From IMG/VR virus record IMGVR_UViG_3300044609_000988, positions 1 to 64,000 of that record: DNA of 64,000 nt; one strand, 5' to 3'. Origin of the DNA: a virus. The notes beneath the pieces were generated by a model. That model did no database searches, was not told the DNA's origin, and saw only the letters and a program-made list of their open reading frames with translations. Below, piece after piece: positions 7,900 to 14,546 of the stretch (the first letter of the stretch is position 1; each line of letters starts with the position of its first letter). The position numbers and the translations under genes were made by a program.

Positions 7900-8308
7900 G
7901 TTCTTAGGAGTCTACGAACTTATTCATGCAGTTTCACCTGTCTATCACAATTTAACTGATACTGATGCTCGTAGTGTAATTGAAACCACTGTGGGTGCAG
8001 CTATTTTCTATTTGCCAAAAAGCAAAGAAAAATTGTGGACTGGAATGATTTCTGAGGCAGCCTTACAACAAAATAAACGTTGTGAGGATCATATTTACCC
8101 ACGAAAGATTACTGCAATTGAATTACTGACACATGTTCCGCAATCATTACCACAATTTGAGCAATTGTATTGGAACAAATATGGTAAGTATCATTACGTT
8201 ACATCAGAAGAGAACCGTATGCTGGTTAAATATCAGAAAACAGGTGAGTTTACATCACCAGAGGAGGCATACGAATCATGTGGAATAAAGCTGATACGGC
8301 TAGGGTGA
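7892..8308 (+). CDS. possible His-Me-finger (HNH-like) nuclease
   Basis: EDHIYPRK ... YVTSEEN motif pair; start reassigned to ATG 7892. Confidence 0.55.
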   Translation: MSKFLGVYELIHAVSPVYHNLTDTDARSVIETTVGAAIFYLPKSKEKLWTGMISEAALQQNKRCEDHIYPRKITAIELLTHVPQSLPQFEQLYWNKYGKYHYVTSEENRMLVKYQKTGEFTSPEEAYESCGIKLIRLG

Positions 8309-8499
8309 TCTCATCAGTATTGGTGATCACTGCTTATTACATTACCATGTATCATGACACCGTGATAGGTGCTAAGATCTATATGGTAGCAAACTCACTG
8401 GCAATACCGTATATGGTAAAGGCTCGCTGCTGGGATGTGGTAGTTCTACTGGCATTCCTGATCATCGTAGGTCTTCCCAAGGTGTTGACAGCAACCTGA
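8278..8499 (+). CDS. small multi-pass membrane protein
   Basis: 73 aa with about three hydrophobic segments. Confidence 0.7.
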   Translation: MWNKADTARVISSVLVITAYYITMYHDTVIGAKIYMVANSLAIPYMVKARCWDVVVLLAFLIIVGLPKVLTAT

Positions 8500-8513
8500 T
8501 TACCTGCTACACT
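8485..8513 (+). promoter_or_regulatory. host-like sigma70 promoter (no palindrome)
   Basis: TTGACA-17-TACACT with extended TG. Confidence 0.8.
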
Positions 8514-8536
8514 GTCCTCATACACAACGGAGAATC

Positions 8537-8758
8537 ATGGAACACGACGAAATGTACTTTGTGATCGACGGCAACGCCATTACTCTCGATGAAATGGGTG
8601 CTGCAGTGATCTGTAATGTCAACCAAGATGGTCAAGTTGACTGGGATTCTTTTGATCTGATTGATTGGATGGATCTCTCTCCTGACCAGTATCAATTGTA
8701 CAAAGCAGTAGTTGATTTCCTTCAAGATCATTCCACTCATCCCATGTACGTCAAATGA
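8537..8758 (+). CDS. acidic hypothetical protein
   Basis: 73-aa ORF, GGAG SD. Confidence 0.8.
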   Translation: MEHDEMYFVIDGNAITLDEMGAAVICNVNQDGQVDWDSFDLIDWMDLSPDQYQLYKAVVDFLQDHSTHPMYVK

Positions 8759-8991
8759 ACATTGTAGCAGATCATCTCAAGGAATTACTGTTGCTGATTC
8801 CTGTATCACAAACTGAATACCAACCAACACCAAGAGAATCTCTTACACCAGAGCAGGAAAGATTGTTCTGGAGGTATCACGGTCATTTCCCCAATGACTT
8901 TGCTAAAGCAGTTGCAGATGCTCTCCCAGAAACACACAAGTTTGTTTCCTATGACCATTTAAGTAATCGTGTCACTGTGGAGGCAGTATGA
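8755..8991 (+). CDS. hypothetical protein
   Basis: 78-aa ORF, ATGA overlaps. Confidence 0.75.
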   Translation: MNIVADHLKELLLLIPVSQTEYQPTPRESLTPEQERLFWRYHGHFPNDFAKAVADALPETHKFVSYDHLSNRVTVEAV

Positions 8992-9230
8992 ATCCAGACC
9001 AAGAACAAGCACAACAAGAAAAAGAATATGAGTCTGTATCTGAGCAATCAGATCAGATTCTATTGTATATGCAGGATCGGTTTCAAGAACTGATGTCCGA
9101 GAATCGTATGGATGATGCCATTGCCATAGGTGATGAGTACATTGAATGGATTGGACAGTATCCTGATGAAGTATTTCTTTACTTCAATGAAAACGAACTT
9201 AAACAAGATTATGAGGCTAGAAAAGCATGA
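8988..9230 (+). CDS. acidic hypothetical protein
   Basis: 80-aa ORF, GGAGG SD, ATGA overlaps. Confidence 0.8.
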   Translation: MNPDQEQAQQEKEYESVSEQSDQILLYMQDRFQELMSENRMDDAIAIGDEYIEWIGQYPDEVFLYFNENELKQDYEARKA

Positions 9231-9778
9231 GCAACCCCGTTGATAAATTTCAAACATTTGTTTCCAAGTATCCTAACATATATCAGGATTACCGACAGAA
9301 TGCAATCAAAATTATTGATGCTGCAATCAATGAACAAAACAAACGCAATCGTTTCTCAGCCAAAATGACTACATTCGGTGATGTAATTGGTGATTACATT
9401 CCATATGCTGCTGAAGATAAAGATCTTGAACTTAACAAGTACATTCGAGAAAGAGCATCTGAACTGTTTCGTGATTACATGGGTCATTGGAAAGATCGTA
9501 AAGATGATCTCCCTATTATCATCACAAAAGCTAACTATAGTAAAAAAACTGGAAAAATCCCTAGTTACTACAGTTTGAATACTGATACTACTACAGAGAA
9601 TACTGTTCTTTCTAATTTCATTGAACCAGTGACACAAGAAGTAACAACACAATCATCTGAAGAAAAGAATATTGTACAATTTAATTTGAAAGAACTTCAT
9701 GTACATATCAATGGTGATAGTACAAAGTCAATGAAACTTCAATTGATTGAGAATGGAGTGATTGTTTGTCCTCTGTAG
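9227..9778 (+). CDS. hypothetical protein
   Basis: 183-aa ORF, ATGA overlap. Confidence 0.8.
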   Translation: MSNPVDKFQTFVSKYPNIYQDYRQNAIKIIDAAINEQNKRNRFSAKMTTFGDVIGDYIPYAAEDKDLELNKYIRERASELFRDYMGHWKDRKDDLPIIITKANYSKKTGKIPSYYSLNTDTTTENTVLSNFIEPVTQEVTTQSSEEKNIVQFNLKELHVHINGDSTKSMKLQLIENGVIVCPL

Positions 9779-9963
9779 ATCCATTAAAGGTTGGGTTCTA
9801 TCAAGTAGAATATGTCTATCAAAATAGAACCCAATATGCTTGTTATTTCCAATTGGAATCAGCACAAGAAGCAATGATGAAGATGATTTCGAAAGGAATA
9901 CAAGTGAATGGTCTTAGTGAGTATAAACCAAACCCTAGTATAATATCTTATCAAAAGAGATAG
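9766..9963 (+). CDS. hypothetical protein
   Basis: 65-aa ORF with TTG start and GGAG upstream. Confidence 0.6.
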   Translation: MSSVDPLKVGFYQVEYVYQNRTQYACYFQLESAQEAMMKMISKGIQVNGLSEYKPNPSIISYQKR

Positions 9964-10030
9964 GTATTCCCCAATGTTCCGCAAGTATAGAAGCATTGGT
10001 ATAACTAGGATGTTCTCAATGATACCTTTG

Positions 10031-10068
10031 AGTTTTCCACAGCCCTGCGGAAAAACCTGTGGAAAACT
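10031..10068. repeat. 12-bp inverted repeat built from DnaA-box-like nonamers
   Basis: AGTTTTCCACAG ... CTGTGGAAAACT; TTTTCCACA at 10033 (+) and 10058 (-), TTTTCCGCA at 10046 (-). Confidence 0.75.
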
Positions 10069-10177
10069 ACTATGTTAATAAATGGTTAAAAAAATATAGG
10101 TAGTGTGCGGTATTGTTCGAGAACCTTCGAGGTCGTTGGGGGCTAAGCCCGCCACCTCTCGAAAGTCAAGGAGTTAT

Positions 10178-10346
10178 GTGACAGTTTTCAAAGTGGCACA
10201 CAGGGGCTTGACAAATAGCCTCACATATGCTTCGAGCCACTTCGAGGACTGGCACAGCCCCCCTTGACAACCATCTGTCAAGTCCTCCTAGGACACTTCG
10301 AGGACTGGCACAGGGGCTTGACAGCCCCAGAAAAACCTGCTATAGT
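10178..10346 (+). promoter_or_regulatory. three tandem palindromes (56-bp period) ending in a consensus promoter
   Basis: Palindromes start at 10178, 10234, 10290, each followed by CTTGACA; the last has TTGACA 10318-17-TATAGT 10341. Confidence 0.85.
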
Positions 10347-10478
10347 GTATTCATGAAGTTGAGGAATTTCAAAAAAGCAGAAATCCCAGAAACTCAAAAA
10401 ACCCAAAAACTTAGATTTTAAGTTTTTTGAGATTTCTCAGAACTTCAATTTTAAACTTTAATCATTAATTGATAAAAC

Positions 10479-10706
10479 ATGAAAACTATCAACAACATTG
10501 AATCGAAAGCCATCAGTGCAGTGAGTGCTGGCGACGACAACATCGTGACCATTACATTCAACAGCGGCAAGAGCTATGATTACCGTGATATCACTGGTAA
10601 TTTTGTAGATTCTGTTGCAAATGCAATTGAAAACAGCCAGAGCGTCGGTCGTTTGTTCAACCGAGCCCTGAAAGAAGATCAGACGCTGCAAATTGTAGCT
10701 GTTTGA
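10479..10706 (+). CDS. KTSC-domain-like protein
   Basis: ES.AI..V......V.ITFNSG..YDY......S.GR.FN pattern. Confidence 0.65.
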   Translation: MKTINNIESKAISAVSAGDDNIVTITFNSGKSYDYRDITGNFVDSVANAIENSQSVGRLFNRALKEDQTLQIVAV

Positions 10707-10756
10707 CCTGTTAAATAACAACAAACAACCCCAACTAGGAGTAATTTGAGTTAAAA

Positions 10757-10924
10757 ATGGCAAAAAACAATCGTAAGTACCAGAATCCCATGTCTGACAT
10801 CAAAAATCTACCGATTGAAGATGAATTCGAGGATTATGGTTATGATGTCCAGAATGCTAAACGTTATTCCGTCAGGAGCAAACGTCAAACTAAATTCAAG
10901 GACTACGATGATTATGCAGATTGA
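10757..10924 (+). CDS. small hypothetical protein (55 aa)
   Basis: MAKNNRKYQNPMSDIKNLPIEDEFEDYGYDVQNAKRYSVRSKRQTKFKDYDDYAD*; followed by a terminator. Confidence 0.7.
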   Translation: MAKNNRKYQNPMSDIKNLPIEDEFEDYGYDVQNAKRYSVRSKRQTKFKDYDDYAD

Positions 10925-10940
10925 GTGAGAATAATTATAC

Positions 10941-10962
10941 GGGGCTTTCGAGCCCCTTTTTT
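10941..10962 (+). terminator. rho-independent terminator
   Basis: GGGGCT-TTCG-AGCCCC-TTTTTT. Confidence 0.9.
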
Positions 10963-11008
10963 ATTCCCTTTGAAACGTACAGCATCATGTCCCTGGTGGT
11001 CTGACACC

Positions 11009-11067
11009 TAGACAGTTTCAGAAGTGGCACACAGGGGCTTGTAGGGGGCTCTCAGAGGTGACATACT
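11009..11067 (+). promoter_or_regulatory. early promoter: palindrome + -10
   Basis: TAGACAGT-ttcaga-AGTGGCAC (11009-11030), TGaCATACT with -10 at 11062. Confidence 0.8.
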
Positions 11068-11114
11068 ATGTTCATCGGGGGAACACCCCGACCAAACACT
11101 ACCGAGGTTCTCAA

Positions 11115-11294
11115 ATGACTTCCCAGCAACTCCTGCAGACCGCTCGTAACGTGCTGATGGGCACTGGCACCGATGCCAACCGTAAGCAGCTCCAGAGCTA
11201 TGCACTGCAGCAGGGTCGCACCCAGGCTCAGATTGCCAAGGCTAGCACCATGCGTCTGGCACTGTGGAGCCGTGGTTTCAAGTCCGCCATCTGA
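11115..11294 (+). CDS. small basic protein (59 aa)
   Basis: GAGG SD; MTSQQLLQTARNVL...RGFKSAI*. Confidence 0.75.
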   Translation: MTSQQLLQTARNVLMGTGTDANRKQLQSYALQQGRTQAQIAKASTMRLALWSRGFKSAI

Positions 11295-11338
11295 AGTGGC
11301 ACAAGGGGGTTGACACCAGCCCCCACCCATGTTATTCT
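11295..11338 (+). promoter_or_regulatory. early promoter: half-palindrome + -35/-10
   Basis: AGTGGCAC 11295-11302 (left arm lost), TTGACA 11310-17-TATTCT 11333. Confidence 0.75.
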
Positions 11339-11364
11339 TGATCTGTACCTGAGGGATTCACCCC

Positions 11365-11547
11365 ATGGCAATGATTTGTGACAACGCCCACTTCTACAAC
11401 CGAGTGGTGGCACACGAAAGCATTATGTCAGCCTGTGCCCGTTGGGTTGACCACTATAACTTCATGGCATCTATTCCCTGGAATACAGATGCTGAGACTG
11501 AAATGTTCCTTCACGAAAAGTCCGAGTACCTTTGCTATGATGTATGA
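11365..11547 (+). CDS. hypothetical protein
   Basis: 60-aa ORF directly after the promoter. Confidence 0.65.
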   Translation: MAMICDNAHFYNRVVAHESIMSACARWVDHYNFMASIPWNTDAETEMFLHEKSEYLCYDV

Positions 11548-11672
11548 TGGTTGAGACCCTTGATTTTACTGGTGATGCTGTAACAGTTCTAGGACTGGTC
11601 GGTATCATCTCCACTGGCATCATCCTGGTGCTATGCTTCACTCGTTACTACAACTCCCCCCTAAGGAAATGA
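11547..11672 (+). CDS. small single-pass membrane protein (41 aa)
   Basis: MVETLDFTGDAVTVLGLVGIISTGIILVLCFTRYYNSPLRK*. Confidence 0.7.
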   Translation: MVETLDFTGDAVTVLGLVGIISTGIILVLCFTRYYNSPLRK

Positions 11673-11851
11673 TCACCATCAATCGTGAACAACTCATCGA
11701 AGACTATGCCCAACTCATTGTAGAGGGTATGGACATGGACACTTTGGTATCTTTTGCATATGATACGTTGGTTGGTAATCTTGAAGCATACAGTGATGAA
11801 GAATTGCTAAAAGAAGTAAAAAAGTATAATCCTGAATTGTTGGAAAGCTGA
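11669..11851 (+). CDS. conserved acidic cyanophage protein
   Basis: MITINREQLIEDYAQLIVEGMDMDTL...YSDEELL.EV..Y.PELL; start reassigned to ATG 11669. Confidence 0.8.
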   Translation: MITINREQLIEDYAQLIVEGMDMDTLVSFAYDTLVGNLEAYSDEELLKEVKKYNPELLES

Positions 11852-11862
11852 AAATCCTAAAA

Positions 11863-11936
11863 ATTGAGAAATCTTAATAAATCAAAAATTAAGATTTCTC
11901 AATAATCTTAAATCTTTACAAATTAAGATTTAAGAT
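11863..11936. repeat. two adjacent AT-rich perfect inverted repeats
   Basis: ATTGAGAAATCTTAAT-9-ATTAAGATTTCTCAAT (11863-11903) and ATCTTAAATCTT-8-AAGATTTAAGAT (11905-11936). Confidence 0.9.
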
Positions 11937-11972
11937 ATAAAATATAACTGTAACAATTAATCTTTAATTCTT

Positions 11973-12098
11973 ATGTCTTATCTAACATTTGATCAGTATA
12001 TTATAGAAGAGATGAAAGAATATGATATAAAGAATAAAGATGTAGAATATGATGATTATAGTATAGTAGTAGATATAGATTATACTACTCAAGAATAG
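11973..12098 (+). CDS. possible small acidic protein (41 aa)
   Basis: MSYLTFDQYIIEEMKEYDIKNKDVEYDDYSIVVDIDYTTQE*; open across very AT-rich DNA, no clear SD. Confidence 0.5.
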   Translation: MSYLTFDQYIIEEMKEYDIKNKDVEYDDYSIVVDIDYTTQE

Positions 12099-12133
12099 TA
12101 TAATAGGGATAGTTTCTTTATACCCTCTAGTGT

Positions 12134-12162
12134 ATTCTAGGGGGTATTTTATTGTTTGTCAA
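12134..12162 (-). promoter_or_regulatory. minus-strand sigma70 promoter divergent from the 12171 palindrome
   Basis: Reverse complement reads TTGACA-17-TAGAAT. Confidence 0.7.
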
Positions 12163-12170
12163 GTGACCCT

Positions 12171-12229
12171 GTGACACTTTGGGAACTGGCACAGTGGGGG
12201 TTGCATCCTGGTGGTTGCTCTGCCATACT
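12171..12229 (+). promoter_or_regulatory. early promoter: palindrome + -35/-10
   Basis: GTGACACT-ttggga-ACTGGCAC, TTGCAT 12201-17-CATACT 12224. Confidence 0.8.
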
Positions 12230-12277
12230 GTGTGCATGGCTGAGGGATCAGCCACCACTGTTCAATTCTCTACAACA

Positions 12278-12571
12278 ATGAACACCGCAATTCTTCTCAA
12301 CAACCCCATCGTCGAAAAGTATAATGAACTGATGGATGAGGTTGCTAACAACGAGACCATCCAACAGATTCTTTATACAATCGCCACGGTGGTTGGATTC
12401 ATCGTCGGCGTCACGGTTTGGGTTGCTAACCGTGTCAGCGATTGGTATAATGAAGGTGGGCGTGAAACCCTGCTTCGTTATACACAACGTGTTCTGCTGT
12501 TCCTTAATTCTATCACAGAGAAAGCCTACTATCGGGTGTGTGATGTGACACTTTCTGAACTGGCACAGTAA
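12278..12571 (+). CDS. membrane protein (97 aa)
   Basis: Start reassigned to ATG 12278; central TM segment. Confidence 0.75.
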   Translation: MNTAILLNNPIVEKYNELMDEVANNETIQQILYTIATVVGFIVGVTVWVANRVSDWYNEGGRETLLRYTQRVLLFLNSITEKAYYRVCDVTLSELAQ

Positions 12572-12603
12572 CACCCACAGGGGGGCTGGATGCCCCCTAT
12601 ACT
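12545..12603 (+). promoter_or_regulatory. early promoter: palindrome + -10
   Basis: GTGACACT-ttctga-ACTGGCAC, hairpin GGGGGC-tggat-GCCCCC, TATACT 12598. Confidence 0.8.
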
Positions 12604-12626
12604 AACCTCAGTTCAAACAAACAACC

Positions 12627-12806
12627 ATGAATCGCTCCAAAGCTATTCAAACCATCATCAATTTTCTTCGGGTTGACAACAACTGTTCCACTGCTGAATA
12701 TACCTGGGTGAACAGGTATTCTAATCAGCAACTGCAACAGATGCTGAACGGTTGGCAACAGAATCGACCCCAATTGTTTGCTGCTCAAGGTTACTACGTT
12801 CTGTGA
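12627..12806 (+). CDS. small hypothetical protein (59 aa)
   Basis: MNRSKAIQTIINFLRVDNNCSTAEYTWVNRYSNQQLQQMLNGWQQNRPQLFAAQGYYVL*; A/C-rich leader. Confidence 0.7.
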   Translation: MNRSKAIQTIINFLRVDNNCSTAEYTWVNRYSNQQLQQMLNGWQQNRPQLFAAQGYYVL

Positions 12807-12815
12807 GTTTGCATC

Positions 12816-13007
12816 ATGTTCGACCTCGCATTTGTCACACCTAAGTCTAAGAAAGCGAAGAACAGATTCGCTAACATGATGAATAGCAACCCCGAGTGTA
12901 TTGTAGAACAGATTAAAGAGAACCGTGTGTTCCTTCGTTCTACTAATGGCAAATACTTTTTTTGGGTTGCTGTAAAGAATGACACAGACTGGAGTGTAGA
13001 CTTCTGA
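12816..13007 (+). CDS. conserved cyanophage hypothetical protein
   Basis: V.PKS.KAKNRF.N.M.....C.VEQ......FL.S.N..Y.FWV pattern. Confidence 0.8.
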   Translation: MFDLAFVTPKSKKAKNRFANMMNSNPECIVEQIKENRVFLRSTNGKYFFWVAVKNDTDWSVDF

Positions 13008-13011
13008 CCCT

Positions 13012-13069
13012 GTGCCAGTTGGGGCACTGTCCACCAACTGACCCCAGACCCCTCAGGGGGTGCCATACT
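13012..13069 (+). promoter_or_regulatory. early promoter: palindrome + -10
   Basis: GTGCCAGT-tggggc-ACTGTCCA, TGcCATACT with -10 at 13064. Confidence 0.8.
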
Positions 13070-13112
13070 ATGTTCATCGGGGGCAAGAGAGCCCCCACCA
13101 CCACACAGAGCC

Positions 13113-13859
13113 ATGCTTCACTTCTCCAAGGGTAACGCTAAGCTTAACAAAGGCACCCTGATTTTCAGCCTGCCTGCAGGTTCTACCTGCCCTGGTGCTC
13201 TGCAATGCTTCTCTATGGCAGTTGCAGATGAGAACGGCAAGCGTTCTATTGTTGATGGTAAGCACACCGAGTTTCGTTGCTTCGCTGCATCCTCCGAGGT
13301 GCAATATGATGCAGTTTTCCACAACCGCCAACACAACTTTAAAACAATTGTTGAAGCTCTCAAGTCTGGCAATTGTGCTGATCTTATCAACACTGAATTG
13401 CAAAAAGCTCGCAAAAAGTCTACTAAACTCGTCCGAATTCATGAGTCGGGGGACTTCTTCAACGCAGCTTACCTTCAGGCGTGGGTTATGGTTGCTATGC
13501 ACAATCCTGATCTGAAGTTCTACTGCTACAGCAAGAATCTGCCACTGTTTGTTGGTTTGGAGTTGCCCTCTAACTTCTACATGACGGCAAGCTATGGTGG
13601 CAAGTTCGACTACCTGATCGATGAAGGTGTGTTCACTCGCTATAGCAAAGTGTTCATGACAGAAGCAGATGCTAACGCTGCTGGTTTGATTGTTGATCAC
13701 GACGACAGCCACTGTTTCGAGGCTGCACCGTTCGCCCTGCTGGTGCATGGCACCCAACCCAAGGGCAGCGACTGGGGCAAGGCGATCCGCCAGCGTCGGC
13801 AGGCTGGGCAGTTTGGAGGGTATCGCAAGGCGACCGCCAGCCAGCCTGTGACAGTCTGA
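13113..13859 (+). CDS. GP88-like (radical-SAM-related) Fe-S protein
   Basis: GN.KL...FSLPAG.TCPGA..C ... CFA ... RIHESGDF ... FY.Y.K motifs of the phage gene-product-88 family. Confidence 0.75.
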   Translation: MLHFSKGNAKLNKGTLIFSLPAGSTCPGALQCFSMAVADENGKRSIVDGKHTEFRCFAASSEVQYDAVFHNRQHNFKTIVEALKSGNCADLINTELQKARKKSTKLVRIHESGDFFNAAYLQAWVMVAMHNPDLKFYCYSKNLPLFVGLELPSNFYMTASYGGKFDYLIDEGVFTRYSKVFMTEADANAAGLIVDHDDSHCFEAAPFALLVHGTQPKGSDWGKAIRQRRQAGQFGGYRKATASQPVTV

Positions 13860-13907
13860 CAGGTGGCACACAGGGGGCACCGCTGCCCCCACCCCTGCCT
13901 GTAGACT
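13848..13907 (+). promoter_or_regulatory. early promoter: palindrome + -10
   Basis: GTGACAGT-ctgaca-GGTGGCAC, hairpin GGGGGCA-ccgc-TGCCCCC, TAGACT 13902. Confidence 0.8.
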
Positions 13908-13931
13908 GATCGAGTCAACCACAGACGACCC

Positions 13932-14108
13932 ATGAAAACCGCCGAGCGCCTGTCTGCTGCCATCCTCGCTGCTGCTGCCCTGGGAATCGTGGTGGGGCTG
14001 CCGCTGTTCGCTTCCCTGAGGGATGCCAAGGCTCTCCAGAGCACCGCCCCCCTGTGCCACCCCACAGAGCGGCTGAGCGACTGCCTGGATCAGCTGCCCA
14101 CCGTCTAG
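13932..14108 (+). CDS. small membrane-anchored protein (58 aa)
   Basis: MKTAERLSAAILAAAALGIVVGLPLFASLRDAKALQSTAPLCHPTERLSDCLDQLPTV*. Confidence 0.7.
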   Translation: MKTAERLSAAILAAAALGIVVGLPLFASLRDAKALQSTAPLCHPTERLSDCLDQLPTV

Positions 14109-14133
14109 ACTAACCACAACGACACCCACCCCC

Positions 14134-14310
14134 ATGCTCAAGACCATCGCCCTGCTCTCCATCGGTGCTGCTCTCTATGCTCCCATCGGGGCTGTGGGTG
14201 CCGCTGCCATCGGGTTCGCTGCTGACACTGTGGGGGCTGTGAACGCCGCCACCGAGCGCCGCTGTGCCACTTACAACAGTGTCCTACCTGGCAGCTGCCA
14301 GCTCCCCTGA
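14134..14310 (+). CDS. small hydrophobic protein (58 aa)
   Basis: MLKTIALLSIGAALYAPIGAVGAAAIGFAADTVGAVNAATERRCATYNSVLPGSCQLP*. Confidence 0.7.
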   Translation: MLKTIALLSIGAALYAPIGAVGAAAIGFAADTVGAVNAATERRCATYNSVLPGSCQLP

Positions 14311-14321
14311 CCCTGTAGACT
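14264..14321 (+). promoter_or_regulatory. early promoter: palindrome + -10
   Basis: GTGCCACT-tacaac-AGTGTCCT, TAGACT 14316; leader nearly identical to that after 13902. Confidence 0.8.
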
Positions 14322-14348
14322 GATCAAGTCAACCACAGACACCCAACC

Positions 14349-14522
14349 ATGACCCTCGAAGAAGCAAACCAGATCTGGAATGATTGCTACAACAGCAGCG
14401 ATTATTCTCTCTGGGATAAGTACACTTCCCAACAGCGTCTGGATGCAATCGACACCCGCCAACTTGAGCACGAACGTGTAACTGGTGGCTGGGGAGTTTT
14501 CAACATCTCCGACCGTCACTGA
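14349..14522 (+). CDS. small hypothetical protein (57 aa)
   Basis: MTLEEANQIWNDCYNSSDYSLWDKYTSQQRLDAIDTRQLEHERVTGGWGVFNISDRH*. Confidence 0.7.
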   Translation: MTLEEANQIWNDCYNSSDYSLWDKYTSQQRLDAIDTRQLEHERVTGGWGVFNISDRH

Positions 14523-14546
14523 TTCACCCACTAACTAACACGAACC

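Noticed and set aside
10178-10311. CRISPR-like mini-array (22-bp repeats, 34-bp gaps)
   Set aside because: Repeats are degenerate, gaps share CTTGACA, the same motif heads promoters elsewhere, and no cas genes are present.
10227-10421. 64-aa + strand ORF
   Set aside because: Runs across palindromes, promoter and A-tract leader; no SD; low-complexity product.
13074-14162. 362-aa minus-strand ORF
   Set aside because: Shadow of the GP88-like gene and GC-rich neighbours; crosses several + strand promoters and shows no recognisable motif.
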